DNA of 64,000 bases. Source: Eledone cirrhosa. Lineage: Eukaryota. Of this stretch, positions 25,963 through 40,725 are shown in pieces. Below the pieces are notes generated by a model that was not told the origin of the DNA, made no database searches, and saw only the letters and a program-made list of their open reading frames with translations. Location of the stretch: the NCBI GenBank assembly GCA_964016885.1, contig OZ024750.1, forward strand, positions 9,734,001-9,798,000. The letters run 5' to 3'. The position numbers and the translations under genes are program-made. Position 1 is the stretch's first letter. Each line of letters opens with the position of its first letter.

Positions 25963-26160
25963 TATATATATATTTACCATACACTATTTCTTCCCTACTG
26001 CCATAGCTGTTATATATATATTTACCATACACTATTTCTTCCCTACTGCCATAGCTGTTATATATATATTTACCATACACTATTTCTTCCCTACTGCCAT
26101 AGCTGTTATATATATATTTACCATACACTATTTCTTCCCTACTGCCATAGCTGTTATATT
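25963..26160. repeat. 48-bp tandem repeat, 4 copies
   Basis: TATATATATATTTACCATACACTATTTCTTCCCTACTGCCATAGCTGT. Confidence 0.95.
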
Positions 26161-26448
26161 TTCATAAATTATTGTATTCTATTGGTTTGTAAAGATTTTC
26201 TCCATGCAGCAAAATAGTTTATCTGCTGTTGTTGTTGTTATTATTATAATCAAATGGTTATAACTATTTTACAACCTGTTTTTATTGTTGTTATTACATG
26301 TACACATATACCTATATCACTATATCCTTCTCTCTCCACAACATATTCTTTGAAACTTCATACTTTGCAATTTCTAAGACAACACAAGTTGTCTCCACAT
26401 TTCTCTAATTAGTGCCAGGCATAAAATGCTATTATTATTATTTTCAAT

Positions 26449-27003
26449 ATGGTGGATTGGCAGAATTGGTAAAGGGTTGGACATGCTTTCCAGCATAGCT
26501 ACGTCTCTTTACGATCTAAGTTCAAATCCCGCTGAGGTTAACTTTGCCTTTCATCCTTATGAGGTCGATAAAGTACCAGTAATGTACTGGGCTGGCCTTG
26601 TGCCGAAAGTAGAAACAATTATTATTTTCAATACTATTCAACTTATGACCCTTTAAGTTCTGAGTTCAAATCCCGCCGAGGTTAGCTTTGCCTTTCATCC
26701 TTACGGGGTCGATAAAATAAAGTACCAGTAACATACTGGAGTCGATTTAATTGACTTTCCACTCTCCCAAAAATTGCTGACCTTGTATCTATAGTAGAAA
26801 CCACAGTGGATTGGCAGTATCGGTAGAGCGTCGGACAACATGCTTCGCAGCATAGAGTTATGGTCTGAGTTCAAATCCTGCCGAGGTTAACTTTGCCTTT
26901 CGTCCTTACGGGGTCGATAAAATAAAGCACCAGTAATGTACTGAGGTCGATTTAATCGACTTTCCCCTCCCCTTCAAATTTCTGGCCTATATAAGAAACC
27001 ATT
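26449..27003 (+). mobile_element. three tandem SINE family A copies
   Basis: B-box at about 26520, 26660 and 26867, each followed by the central domain. Confidence 0.9.
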
Positions 27004-27919
27004 AATCAACTCTAATCAAACAGCCAGTTGCCTTCCCCTGCTGTGTTAGTTCTCCTCCTAAATCTTCAGCTAATATCTTTCCCATATGGCAAGTGGTTTT
27101 CTCTACTTTCAACACTTCTCCTTCTTCTTCTCTTCCTCCTTCACGTTCTTCTTGTTCTTCTCCTCCTCCTTATTATTCTCACCACCACCACCAGCACCGT
27201 CAACATCATCATTCCTTTTTCTTTTCTTTTTTTTGTGCATCTCCTCCAATTCCTCCTTCTTCACCTTTATTAATCAACTAAAAACAATAATTCTACCATA
27301 AAATGTGTTGTTGTTGTTGTTTACTCCATATATTCACAAGTTAAGTTCTTTTATCTGGAGTACGTTTTATTTCTTTCATTTAAAGGAAACAAAATATAAC
27401 CATTGGCAACTCCTTCCTAGTTTTATAATTGTCAGCAACCTTCTTTATATACACACTATATATTTCACATACATAAAATACATATAGATTTGGTGATTGT
27501 TGTATAATTTATATACACACTACATATTTCACACTAACAAAAGATACACATAGGTTTGGTGAGTATAGTATAAATCATTCGTGTCTCCAGAAAATGTATA
27601 CACACTTTGATTACCTGTACAGGCAATATTTATTTGAACACTGTTGAAATGTCTATACATTTTGGAGGGACATCCTGTATACACACTATGTATTCCATGC
27701 ACATAAAATGTACAGGTTTGGTGAGTGTAGTATAAATTTTCAAATATACGCATCAAAAGTATTTGATGTGTATAAAAGAGTCTATGTTTTTATTATCTAA
27801 GCCCAAGGCCCCTGTGGTGCTTTACCAATATCTCACCAAATACAGTTCCACATTTCCTATAAGAACTTGCTGTTAAATGCTGCAGACAAAAGAGGTTTAG
27901 TGTGGTGCTGGGTGGCAGG

Positions 27920-28562
27920 AGGACACTGGTTTAATCAAGAGGTCAAAGATGCCATCCAAACAAAAAAGGAGACCTACAAAGCCTGGCTTGGAAATAAGTC
28001 CTCCCTCTTGCACTTGCAGTGCAAGCAGGCACAAAAAGTCACAGCAATGACAGTAAAGTTAAGACATGGGAGGACTTTGGAGTTAAGCTGGAATCCAACT
28101 TCAGATCAGGAAATACAGATTCAGTGGATAGTCAGCAAGAATACTTTAATAAGAAGTCCTCCTCCATGCCTGCTATTAGGGACACGTCTGGGGTTCTCCT
28201 CTCTTCCGAGAGGTGGAAAGAATATTTTGCTAATCTTCTAAATCCGGTCACAACAGCATCTTCTAATGTACACGAGGTGCATCTCAGAGGCTGAGGTTAC
28301 AAGAGCAGTTAAAGAACTCAAATATGACATAGCCACTGGAGAGGATGAAATTTGGCCCGAGATCTTAAAAACTTTAAATAGAGAAGGTATTCTCTGGCTA
28401 ACTAGTGGGTGCCGGGTGGCCTGGATCTCTGGAAAGGAACTTCAGCAATGGCAATCAGGAATGATAATCCCAAATTTCACAAAGGGAGACAAGATTGCAA
28501 AGAGATGTAGAGACATTGTGGAGTCCATGTTAACTGATGAACAATGTGGTTTTCTCCCCAGA
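27920..28562 (+). pseudogene. RTE-clade LINE ORF fragment (linker and start of reverse transcriptase)
   Basis: WFNQEVKDAIQTKKETYKAWL; ISEAEVTRAVKELK..ATGEDEIWPEILK; WQSGMIIPNFTKGDK; EQCGFLP; frameshifted. Confidence 0.8.
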
Positions 28563-29664
28563 CAGCCAACCAAATATATATATATGTATGTATGTGTGTG
28601 TTTGTAAATATATATGTATGTGTGTACAGATATGTGCACGCACACACACGCACGCGCATACACACACATACACGCGTATATGGTGAAAGTGAGGAGGTAG
28701 AAGTAGAAAGAGATCTGAGAATTTGGTTTGCTGTGAACTGGGTAGTGTTAAATTCCTAATGAAATTGCTAGCAAGTTGTATGGTGTGGTATTTAGCTGAC
28801 TGCTGATTTAGAGAGAGTTGCTGGGGGGAGTGGGTAGAGTTACAGAGAGACTTGCTGTGGGGGAATGGGTAGTCATATAGGGGGAGAGAGAGAGAGAGAT
28901 AGTAGAGGTAAGAGTGGGGAAAGACAGGCTAAATAAATAGAGTGGGAGTATGAGAAGGAAATAGAGATAGAGATAGAGAGAGGGGAAAATAGAAATTCAG
29001 AGAAATAGAGCAAGAAAGATGAATATAGAGAGACAGTCAGGCAGACTGACAGAGAGAGAAGGAAACTAACAAACAGAAAGATCAAATCAGATAGAGACAT
29101 AGTAGAAAAAGAAATATTTGACAAATAAAGAGAGGGTGCAAGAGAGAGAGGGATGGATAGATAGATAGAGAGAGTGAGAGAGACATGAAGATAAAATCTG
29201 AAAGAAAGAAAATGGCAGACAAACAAATCTAGACAGACAGACAGACAAATAAGAGAGAGTGCGAGATAGAGTAAAGTATGGGACAGTTGAACTGACTGAA
29301 ATATAGAAGTGACAATGTTTGATTGATTGACAGGTTGAGAGGAGACTGACTGACATATATATATATATATATATAGTGACAAAGAGACAGACACACACAC
29401 ACACATATATAGTGACAAAGAGACAGACTGTCTGACACATACAGAAACCAAAATAGATAAGCAGATACATACATTCACACACATAATTTGTGGAGGAGGA
29501 GGAAGTGCATTGCTGGTACTTTATTTTATCAACCCCAGCAAAGCTAACCCCAGTAGGGTTTGGCTTGGTTTCTATGGCTGGACTGAGTGCTTTTTGTTGT
29601 GACACCAAAATGACCACTTTACAGTGTGGACTGAGCGCTTTTGTCATGTCACCACTTTACTGAA

Positions 29665-30050
29665 ATAATTGTTTCTACTTCTGGCACAAGGCCAGCAATT
29701 ATCCCAGTGCATTACTGGTACTTTATTTTATCGACCCCGTAAGGATGAAAGGCAAAGCTAACCTCAGCAAGATTTGAACTCAGACCGTAAAGGACCGTAA
29801 CTCTATGCTGCAAAGCATAGCGTCCGACCCTCTACCGATACTACCAATCCAGTGCCCTTTACTGAAATAATTGTTTCTACTTTTGGCACAAGGCCAGCAA
29901 TTACCCAGTGTATTACTGGTACTTTATTTTATCGACCCCATAAGGATGAAAGGTAAAGTTAACCTCGACGGGATTTGAACTCAGAATGGCAAGGGCCGTA
30001 ACTCTGTGTCAAAGCATGGCGACCGACTCTCTACCGATACTGCCAATCCA
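29665..30050 (-). mobile_element. two tandem SINE family A copies
   Basis: TTTACTGAAATAATT is duplicated at about 29656 and 29858, flanking the first copy. Confidence 0.9.
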
Positions 30051-30604
30051 TAATGAGAGGGAGAAAGACATAAAACTAGAGATGTGATAAAGTGACATAT
30101 GCATCAGTGTGTGTGTGTGTTCATAAGTGACAATGAAATTAGTTGCTAATGTAAAACAGAAAGAATGATGTCTTGAGAGAATTCTGTTGGCAATTGTTGA
30201 GAAAGATTTCCATGATAAGAAACTCCTGACTTTATATCTCAAGCCAACCCAACCCAATTTGATACACTCTCAAAAGACAAAGATCTAGGACATTGCAATG
30301 TAAAGCTCCAGTAAGTTTCACTCAGCACAAAGATATACCAGCTAAAACAAACATACTATTAAATATAAGGGCATTCAGTAACTTTGAAAAGTAAATAAGG
30401 AAACTATGATAGTAGTTAACAAGATAAACATAAGATTCACCACTGAATATATCAATATTGTTTCTCTTTTCTCTCAAATACAAACACTAAATGAATAGAA
30501 ACAATGAAATATAGTACTTGTACCTTTATAACTGATTGCACATATACCATACTTATATACTCTTTACATATCATAAGACAACACAAGTATTTTAAAGTTA
30601 TTTT

Positions 30605-30955
30605 CCATGGTCTACTGGTAAGGGTGTTGGACTTATGATCCTAATGTCGTGGGTTTGATTCCTGGACTGGGTTGTGTGCTGTGTGAAGATACGTGGCCTA
30701 GTGGTAAGAGTGTTGGACTTACGTTCATAATGTCATGGGGTTGGTTCCTGGGTTGTATGTTGCGTTCTTGAACAAAACACTTCAATTCACTTTGCTCCAG
30801 TATACTCAGTTAAAAAGGAGTACCAGCAATATATGGGGGGTTTAACCCTGTGATGGACTGGAATCCTGTCCAGGTAGGAATTCTTGTACTCTCAATCACT
30901 TGGAAACCAGGATAAGCACCAGCCTGATTAGCCTTCTGGCTTAAGACAGACCTGA
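30605..30955 (+). mobile_element. tRNA-derived SINE family C with duplicated head and V-domain-like core
   Basis: TGGCCTAGTGGTAAGAGTGTTGGACT head (twice) and CCCTGTGATGGACTGGAATCCTGTCCAGG core. Confidence 0.65.
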
Positions 30956-31611
30956 GACCTTAGACTTTGAGCAAAGTTTAGCCTAGTGATCCCAATACAC
31001 ATCATGAAGCCCTTTTTGAGGCATTGTTTTACAGTTGGATGTCCTTCTTGGTGCCAATCTTAGCTGATCCTTACAACACGCCAGGAATACAGTGTACTTA
31101 TTCAAAACTGAATATATACAGCATCATTTTGATGTTCTTACACATTAAAATAGAGATATTAAATCTGAAAGTAAAGTTATATATATTTATAAGAATCATA
31201 AATCATTGATGCAGCCTGTTTCAACTCACTTAGCTTCTGTAGAATTTGCATGGGGACAATCCCACTCTCTGAACATCGAATGCAGTTGCCCAAAATATTT
31301 ACTTCATTGGATGCAAACGAAGTCGCAGGTTTTAAATCAGAGAGACCTTCTTTTAGAGAGATGTTTTAATGAAGACTAGGAGTCATTCGCTCCACACACA
31401 AAAAAAGAGATCTTTATATATATGTAATGCTCATGTGACTCTATGATAGCTCTATGAGAGAATTGAAGCTCACAAACAAAGACCTCTGAACAGTTGCTCA
31501 CTGCCAATATCATAAGAAACCATATATCTAATATTTTGCAGAAAACAGCGTATTGAGGCTAAAATACAAAGACAGACAGAATAAGTATTATACTTATATA
31601 GACACTAAGTT

Positions 31612-31667
<56 letters not shown>

Positions 31668-32445
31668 CAGACAATGATGATATATATATAGTACAAGGTC
31701 AACAAAAACCAAAAACATTAAAAACAAACATACATATTATGCATACACCTGCACATACATATGTTTGTTTGTGTGTATATATGTATACATACTTATATAT
31801 GCATATATATGTGTATGTCTGCATTTAAAAATAGCTTCAATTGACACACACACACTCACTCTTCCTCATATGTATTGAGTGATACTAAAGAGAGGACACA
31901 GCTGTTTCTAATTTTATCTGCCCGTGTTTGTTGTATAACAGCAAGAGGAGAATAAAGAGCTATGATCTCTCTTTGCCAGTATTGCCATTAGTATGTAGTT
32001 CAAGTTTAATCTCTACCACACTAATCTTATCTGTACCGAAGGGATTTCAAAGGTCATGGCCATGGACCTCCAACCAGATTAATCAATAAAACAAATATAT
32101 TAAACTTCTTGGAAATGTTCAAGATTTAAGCAGTGGGATAATGATAGACTGTCGATAGACAATATGGACACGTATATATCACCATCATCATCATCGTTTA
32201 ACATATATATACACACACACACCATTGGGCTGAGTACATACATACATGCACATACAAACATGTACAAGCGTTCATTCTCTTACAGATACTTACACAGGAA
32301 AACACAAAATCACACACATACATAAATACATATGCAGATGTGTTATCATCATCATCATCACTGCGATCTTCATCATCATCATCATTATCATTTTATGTCT
32401 ATTTTCCTTGCTATCATTGGTTATACAGATTGTCATAGTCTAAAA

Positions 32446-32893
32446 CTAGACAGATTAGATGACCCTATCTTGCTCATAATTTTCATTTTGGCATGGTTTC
32501 TACAGCTTGATGGTATTTTTGAATATTTAAGCGGCTGCCACGCCGTCCCTGAACAACAAATGCAAAATATAAAGCCATTACAGGAAGGATGTGCAATGAT
32601 AAATTCTATTTTGCTTTAAAATTTGAACGAAATCGGTGGCAAAATGTGGAAGCGAGAGCCAAAAATCTTATTTTTCGATACCTAAAAAAAGGTGATTTCC
32701 CCCCCCCCCCTTATCGATTTTTATCTGCAGAATGACCACGGAATAAAAAAACAATACGCTGATATATAGAAAACACTCCCCGATGACTAATCTATGAGCC
32801 TGTAAAGTTTCATGAAAATCGGTTGTAAGATGTAGGCCCCTATAGGTAATACACAGACACACACATACTTAATTTTATATATATATATACAGA
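32446..32893 (-). mobile_element. probable non-autonomous Helitron
   Basis: On the - strand it begins A|TCTGTATATATAT and ends CTAG|T; no TSD seen. Confidence 0.4.
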
Positions 32894-33842
32894 TATCCTT
32901 CACTATTTGACAGCTTATAGATTAGAATACAACCACCGTTCTCCTTCCATTTCCAATATGGCAGTTAGTTATGAATTGTAAAAGAAATTTAGGAATCGAC
33001 CATTCCAGAGATTAGCAACATAAAATTTTCCACAACACAAACATTTCCTACTGCCATTTTCTTCCTGTGTATAAACTCTGTTTATATGACAAAACATTTT
33101 ATGAAAAAAAATGCTATCTTAAATTCTTCTTTCAAGTGAGATAAAAGAGTTCTGTAAGGCATTATTTGGTTTGTATTCTACTTCTTGTCTTTGAACTTCT
33201 GCAAAAGAACAAAAAGATATATATATCATAAATATATACATTAAACAATAAAGAAATAAAATTACCAAAAATGGTTGAATAAAAAAGGGAGAAAACCACA
33301 ACAGACAGCAAAAAAATGTTGAAGCTCTTTAGTCTGGGATATAACAAATGTACAAAAAGATAAAAGGGAAAGAAAAGACCCTCTGTTAAAGGTTTTATTT
33401 TATTTTAATCCCATTATGTGGGATTTTTTTTTTGGAGGGAGGTGAGTGTTTACTTTCAGTTAGTTATCTCTAAACAAACAAGTGTATATTTTAGATTTTC
33501 TTAAATAAGAATCACCTATCATCATACATTTATTTAAGCATAATAAAGTCTTACCAACATTCTGCTTGAATCTCAGTGCCTGTTTACAGTTTATACATTT
33601 ACATACACACACATACACAAATAAATGCACACACTTAGACCCACATATATATGCACACACACACAAACAAATAAATGCACACTCACACATATATACTCAT
33701 GTATGCTCATACACATTCACATAGATTATTGTTAAATTTGACACCTTTGTCATAACTTAACATTTTTCAGAAGGGTTATTAATGAAGAATTTATAGTTTC
33801 ACTTCTTGCAATTCCTGGACTGAGGTTATGCTTATGTTCTGA

Positions 33843-33891
<49 letters not shown>

Positions 33892-33934
33892 TAGGTGATT
33901 CAGTGAATTACTGATGGTGGTATATATATATATA

Positions 33935-34095
33935 GTGTCACCAGCACTACCATTTCACAGAGTGTACTGGGTGTATTTTATAGTGTGACCAGCACTGCCA
34001 CTTTACAGATATGGCAGGGTGCTTTTTATTGTAGTACCATAACTGCCACTTTACAGAGTGTACTGGGTGTTTTTATAGTGACACCAGCACTACTG
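33935..34095. repeat. imperfect tandem repeat of about 46 bp
   Basis: CACCAGCACT...TTTACAGAGTGTACTGGGTG..TTTTATAGTG, 3-4 copies. Confidence 0.75.
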
Positions 34096-34278
34096 CATAC
34101 ATTAATATTTATATATAAAATGTACACAATGCAGATCTAGGGTACACAAGAGATGTAGTGGGATAGCAGGCAAACTAACAGGTAGAGAAAACTATGTATG
34201 CAGTAGATGTACAGGGAAATTTGACAGTAGAAGTTGCAGTGATAGACACATTTTTCAAATGCAGGTGGGTTCTATATA

Positions 34279-34901
34279 AGTGGTTGATAGCTTCCGGTAC
34301 CGAGGTGATCAGATTAGCATGGGAGGGGGTGTTCTGAGGCCATAGTATCTAGAATAAGGATGGGTTGGAAGAAGTTTAGGGAGCTGCTTCCTCTGTTGAC
34401 AAAGAAGGGTTTTTCCCTGCGTACGAAAGGCCAGTTATATGATGCCTGTGTGAGATGCGTGATGCTGCATGGTAGTGAGACATGGGCAGTAACTGCATAG
34501 GATATGCAACGGCTGGAGAGAAATGAAGCAAGCATGCTCCATTGGATGTGCAATGTCAATGTGCGTGAACAACCAAGCATAGATGAGTTGAGAGAGAAAC
34601 TGTGTATAAGAGGGATAAGTTGTAGTGTGCGGCAGAGAAGACTGCGTTGGTGTGAACATGTGATGCACATGGACGATGACCGCTGGGTAAAGAAGTGCCA
34701 AGAAATCCCAGTAGAAGGAAGGCGCAGTAGTGGAAGACCACGAAAAATATGGGCGGAGGTGGTAAGAGCAGACCTCAGATCACTGAAGCTCATGGAGGAG
34801 ATGACAAAGGACCGTGATACGTGGAGAGATGCTGTGCTGAATAGGACCCGTCCCACCCTTGCAAGCTGGGAAAAGCAGACATAAAATGATGATGATGATG
34901 A
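34279..34901 (+). pseudogene. RTE-clade LINE 3' end (post-RT region) with (GAT)n tail
   Basis: SRIRMGWKKFRELLPLL..KGQLYDACVRCVMLHGSETW..RRLRWCEHVMHM..GRPRKIW; one in-frame stop; ends ATGATGATGATGAT. Confidence 0.92.
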
Positions 34902-36827
34902 TTAACAGCAAATAGATTCATTCATTTTACCTTTTCTTCTTTGTTTTCTTGAGGTATGGATTGTATAGTGGGTGGGAATAGTAATGTGGGGGTGGAGGTC
35001 GTAGTTCTGGGGGTGTAGTGTGGCCCTTGTATTCAGGGTATCCATTTTACCCTCATATAAAGTATGTGGGACTTCAAATCATCATGTCCAAGGCTAGATA
35101 GATATATAGACAGGCAGACATTACATGATCTATGGTATCATATTGGTACAATTGTTTATTTGGCTGTCTGTTTCAGACTTGCATTGAGACAAGCCCAAAT
35201 CCTCAGCCTATATTGTAAAAGTTGTCCAATCATTACAAAATGGTGTCGATAAAAGCTGAAGATCTGAGACCTACTCCAGTTAAAATCTGAAACACAGCCA
35301 GAGAAACAACTGTACCTATATGACAGTATATTTAGTGGAAGAAATATCTACAGAATATACAACACTTTCCACAGATTGAGTGCTCTCTCAACTTGGGATA
35401 GTCTTTACCAAATTACACCCCCCCCCCCTCTCTTTCTCTCTATTATATATACACATACACATATCAAGAACAAAACGAGGTTTCACATTGAGGTTTTTAT
35501 TGATTTAGAGAGAGAGGGAGGAGATAAAGAGAGAGTGGAAAGAGAGCTAGAGTGGGGGGGGGGGAGTGTGTGTGACGGACGTTTTAGATTTACAAGCAGT
35601 AGAGAAAACAGTACTCAATATATGTAGAATAGTTTATTTATTCGTTCGAAGCTAACGATTTACTTGGCTTCTCAATGATTCAGCAGTTTTCATTGGTATT
35701 TTCTTTTTTCTATTTATTTCTATTTTTTTTGTTAGCTCTCCTTTGAATATATCTCCTAATTCATTAGGGAATAAAATAAGTTGAAAATTAAATCATCACA
35801 GACATATCATTAAGAAAGAAAAATCAAACAACCTTCTGCAATCTTTTCTATTTATGTCATTCCGTTCAAAGAACGTTGAAAAAGCTAGACCTCCCCTTCC
35901 TCTCTCTCTTTATCCCCCTCTCTCTCTCTATCTCTCTCTATCTATCCCTTCCCTCGTCATACACACACTCGCTCTTTCTGACAGTTTTTCTCCTACTTAG
36001 TAACCCATTTCTTTCTCTCTTTCTATGTTTGTCTGTCTCTCTCTTTCTCTATACCCCTCTCTTTCTGTCTCTCTCTCCCTCTGTCTCTCCTTATCCGTAT
36101 ATTTCTGTCTCTATCCCTCACTCGCTCTCTTTGTCTCTATATCTTTCTCTATTTATCTCTCTCTCTCTGTCTCTCTCTCCTTTATACTAGCTAACTCACT
36201 CTATTCCCCCCTCCCTCCTCACAGTAGTCCGTTAACGGCTTCGTTCTGGTGTAAAGTGGAAACACGCAGGCGACCTAAGCTTCTGTATGTATGTGTGAGG
36301 CGTATGTGTATGCGTGTATATATAAATATATATATACACACACGCAATATATATGTGTGTATGCGTGGGTGTGTGTGTACGTATGGAGTAGTGCCAGGAT
36401 AACTACTATTGGTAGTGGTTGTAATAGTAGTAGTGGTTGTAGTGGTGGTAGTAGTAGTAGTAGTAGAAGACGAATCATCAGCAGCAGGAGCTGAAATATT
36501 AGTAAGAGCAATAGCAGCAGTAGTAATGGTAACAGCAGTTGCTAGCGATGGTGGTTTTTATTTCGTAAGAATTGCAGTAAATAATCTTTAATAGATTTTC
36601 AGCCAGACGTCTTTCCAAACAGCAAGCGAAACGGTAATACAAACAAAACAGAGAGAAAAAGACCAGAAGCCAGAAAGATCTCTCTCTCTCTCATAAAATT
36701 ATATTTATATATATAATATAATATTATCATCATCATTATATATATATATATATATATAATATGACCAAAGGTTTAGGGAAAATTTATACAATTTCACCAA
36801 ACGCAGAAAATATCTACAAATAGATAT

Positions 36828-37060
36828 CTTCTTCGCCCACTTATTCCTGAGAGGGTCGTAGGGGGCAAAGTCCTCAAACATTCCTTCCAGAAGATCCTGT
36901 CAAAAGCAACCGTCTCGGTAATCAGAAAAAGGGAGGGTGGTGTAAAAGCCAAACTCACTATTTTCAATTCGGTATTCATGTCAACCCTTACCCAAGCGAG
37001 ACCAGCCAAGCTCATGGATGTTATCCAACCATCTTGCTCGGGGTTCCTGCTGGTTGGCTT
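36828..37060 (-). mobile_element. RTE/Expander-like LINE 3' fragment
   Basis: Minus strand encodes RARWLDNIHELGWSRLG-like and FWKECLRTLPP; + strand relative at 47300-47400. Confidence 0.65.
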
Positions 37061-37765
37061 TGACCATAAAATTGAGGATTCCTTGTGAAAACACTCTTTC
37101 AGCTTTAGCATTGCTTTGGGGCACATATTAAACAGTTACTGCATATTCTGAGAAATTTAGCTATCCAGATTTACCATTTTAAGAGCTACTGAAGTAATTT
37201 CTTCAGGGAATTTACTTCTCCAATCAAATGTTAGTGATTTATGCTACTGGTTCTCTATTTCTCAAATTTTATTGATTTGCCAAAGCTAAAGCAAGAGCTG
37301 TCAAAAAAAGACTAATATGGTTAAAACAAACTCATGGAAAGAGGGGTAACTTTTGATGGGTACACAGTCCTAAAGTTCTTTTCACACCTGCCTTAAAAAG
37401 TTTTAGCTATTCCGTTTTTATATAATGTTTCCTTGTTCTTGGAGTTGGTTTGATGAAATTTTGTTACCCAAAATGTTTTAGAATTTGTACTCATATGAAG
37501 TCTATGATTCAATGACTCAATGACTAAATTTGTTTCAAGATTAACATATTGAGAATGTACAAGTGTGGACAGTGCAACACTGCATAGTTCAGTCTGAGGT
37601 ACTACAGTGACCCAGCATTTCTTTATGAAACAACAAGTTTTACACGACACAAGACTCAATGATCCAACATTTCTTTATGAAACAGAAGGTTTTATACAAC
37701 ACAGGCCTCATAAATGATAAGTAAAGTTCATTGTATCTAAATACAAAGCATACAATTCCCTTGCA

Positions 37766-37960
37766 TAATGGTTTCTGATTTAGGCACAATGCCAACAATT
37801 TGGGAGGAGGGGAAAGTTGATTAATTCAACCCCCACTGCGTTACTGGTACTTTTATTTTATTGACCTCCATAAGGATGAAAGGCAAAGCTAACCTCGGAG
37901 GGAGTTGAACTCAGACTGTAAAGGGACGTAACTACATGCTGCAAAGCATGTTACCTGATG
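37766..37960 (-). mobile_element. SINE family A
   Basis: Reverse complement of the consensus. Confidence 0.85.
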
Positions 37961-38059
37961 TTCCCATGTATCTAATGTAAGTAAATGATGTCATTTGAAA
38001 ATATAACTTTAATACATGCTACTGACTAAGAATAATTTTTACATAATTACTTCTCGTTA

Positions 38060-39010
38060 ACCATCTAGTGGTTGATAAATGAATTACCATTATCGTAAAT
38101 GGTTCCTCACCATCATTAATAAATCTAGATATTTCCATATACGAGATTCTCTTCATGTTTGCTAAGCTAGAATCCAATTGTGTTCCTCTTAACAGCTAGT
38201 CTATGTTAGAAAATAATTCTTCAGCAGCATAGGGAAATGCTAAATGGAGAAAGTGAAGAATAAAGTTTGGATTATCTAATTTCATTGCCGTGCAGAGAGA
38301 GAATTATTAACACCGGGAAGGTTTGAAGGTCCGTCTGCTTGTAGCAGTAAAACAGCTTTCATTGTTAATTCCCATATCAGTCAATAACTATTTCATGCCT
38401 TGATGCAACAATTTAGCTGTAGATTCTCTTACAGGAATTAACCTTAAAAACTGTAATGCAGTTATATTAGGTTGTCTATTGTAACATCAAGCATACACAC
38501 ATAGGTGATTTTCACAAGTAAAATCAGTTGGCTTGTTTCTATTTTTCTCATGTCTTCAATTTGTTATTTCAGTAAAGGATGTAACAATAACAATAATATT
38601 TTTACATATCATGTAATTTCAAATCAGCTGGAATTGGTGATGAAGGAATTCCTTTAGTAAGTTCTAAATGATCAATGCTACAAATACTTGCTTGACAAGC
38701 TACAACTGCTGCTAACTGTAGCTCTAATTCTGTTATTTTGTTACTGGTGGGGTGGGGAAACTGCTTTGATAGTTTGTTACTGGGGGTGGGGAATACTTTG
38801 ATAGATTGCTGTGAATTTCAGTTTATTTGAGCCATGTCTTTTTACTTAGCCAAAGAAACATACAAACGCACAAGTTAGTTTTCTGAACACATTTAACTCC
38901 ACCGACCTTTCCTTTGGGGATTTTTTTGTGGAGATCACTGTTGCAAATATTTCAGGCCAGGTTTCTGATTTAAGGATATATTCCACCCTCCCTCCTTCCA
39001 GTCTCTGAGG
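38060..39010 (-). pseudogene. decayed hAT-superfamily transposase (N-terminal part)
   Basis: Minus-strand peptides ITELELQLAAVVACQASICSIDHL, DLKLH, TDFTCENHLCV, FLRLIPVRESTAKLL and HFLHLAFPYAAEEL; stops and frameshifts. Confidence 0.6.
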
Positions 39011-40388
39011 TGATGGAAACTGTCCTTCTTCTTGACTGAAAATATAAGGAACAAAAAGCATGAAGCTCTAATGCTATCGTGTTTTACTTTTTTCCAATCA
39101 GTTTGAAAATTGTGGATCAGCAAACTAAGTTTATTAAAATATTTTACCATACTTTGGCCAGCTGATTATTGAATAAATTAGGTATGGTTTGAGAAATATA
39201 TTAGAAAGATTCAGGGCCCATTTGCTGAGCTCTTACTGTTTTGACTCAGTCTGGAATTAGCTGTCAAAATGGCAAGAGCTCAGCCATCATGCCTCAACTC
39301 TTTCTAATATAGTCACACTCTACTATCCCAAGTATTGAGTACTCTGTTGAATAATGGTCTTACTAGTTTAATTCTGGTTTAATCCTGATATATATATAGA
39401 AACCAAGCCAAAACCAGTCCTGTATGAGCTAGTCATGGTCATCAGACTTAGCTTGTCTCACAACGGAGCAACCCGTCTAACCCATGCTAGCATGGAAAAT
39501 GGACGTTAAATGATAATGATGATGATATATAATAGAAAAGCATCAGTTTGTAGCCTCTCCTATCAAAAAATGTTAAGTCACTTAAAAAGTATGTAGCCCA
39601 AATTAAATTTAAAAAAAGAACAAACTAAACCATAGTCAAGTACAGTCCTGAGATGTGGAGTAATCTGCTCTTTGTATTCCAATATATCAACTATTGTCTG
39701 AACATGTTGTGAAGTCATTAGTTTTGCTTTGTTGGTTTACAAGTTATTTGTAGGGAAGAGCACGTAAATGTTGTCTTCTCCCTCTCTTCAATTGACGTGA
39801 CACAAACAGTAGGACCTGTTAGAAGTGCAGCCTCTCCTACACCACATGCCTTCCTAGTCTAATAAATCAATACGGTTTTAATGTTTTCAATTTAGTATTT
39901 GGCATACTTCTTCTGCGGTAGGCTGATTGTATCTTCGAATATCAAATCTACAAACTTGTTTATTTTCAGGAATAACTATTAAAAGCTTGCATTTTAACCG
40001 TATCTATGGATGCAGCTTAGCCACATGGTTGAGCAGTTTGATTTACAATCTTGAGTTATCGGATTCAATCCCACTGTGTGTCATCTTGGGCAAGTATTAT
40101 TTACCATAGCCTCAGGTTGACCTATGTCTTGTGAGTAAAATTGGGTAGACAGAAACTGTTTGGAAGCCTGTCAGATGGACTGTACCTGTAATTCAAAGGT
40201 CCATTCCAACCATATCTATGTATTCTTTGTTATTATCCTGAAACAAAGCTGCAAATTTGCTATTCTGTAACATCATTCTTGAAGTGATTCCATAGTATCT
40301 CTGTGAGATTAGTATAGATATCCTCTGGTCCAAATTGATATATCATAGATTTGAACAAATTCCTCAATTATTGTCTTAATGCCTTTAA

Positions 40389-40725
40389 CTCTTTATTTAC
40401 CAACCAAGCCAAAAGCAGTCGTGGTTCTATGAAATACCCCCCTCCCTCCCATTTTAAAGGTTTCTTATTTAAATTAATATCTTTCAACATAATTTTATAT
40501 AAGAACCTTACAGCCGAGGTCAACTTTGCCTTTCATCCTTACGGGATCGATAAAATAAAGTACCAGTAATGTACTGGGTAATTGCTGGCCTTGTGCCTAA
40601 AGTAGAAACAATTATATTACTATCTTAGTAATGAAATAATTAATAATTGTAGTAAATCCCTCAAAATTCTTCATTAATTAATTGACATAGAGTGTATTTC
40701 ATTAGAAATATGGTAATGAAAGGGT
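40389..40725 (-). mobile_element. piggyBac-like MITE family 2 containing a 5'-truncated SINE A (about 40513-40612)
   Basis: TTAA|CTCTTT ... GAAAGGG|TTAA. Confidence 0.65.

Noticed and set aside
35160-35210. Minus-strand CUGAGGA-hairpin-GAAA
   Set aside because: Three extra nucleotides precede the stem, and there is no UH cleavage site or stem I
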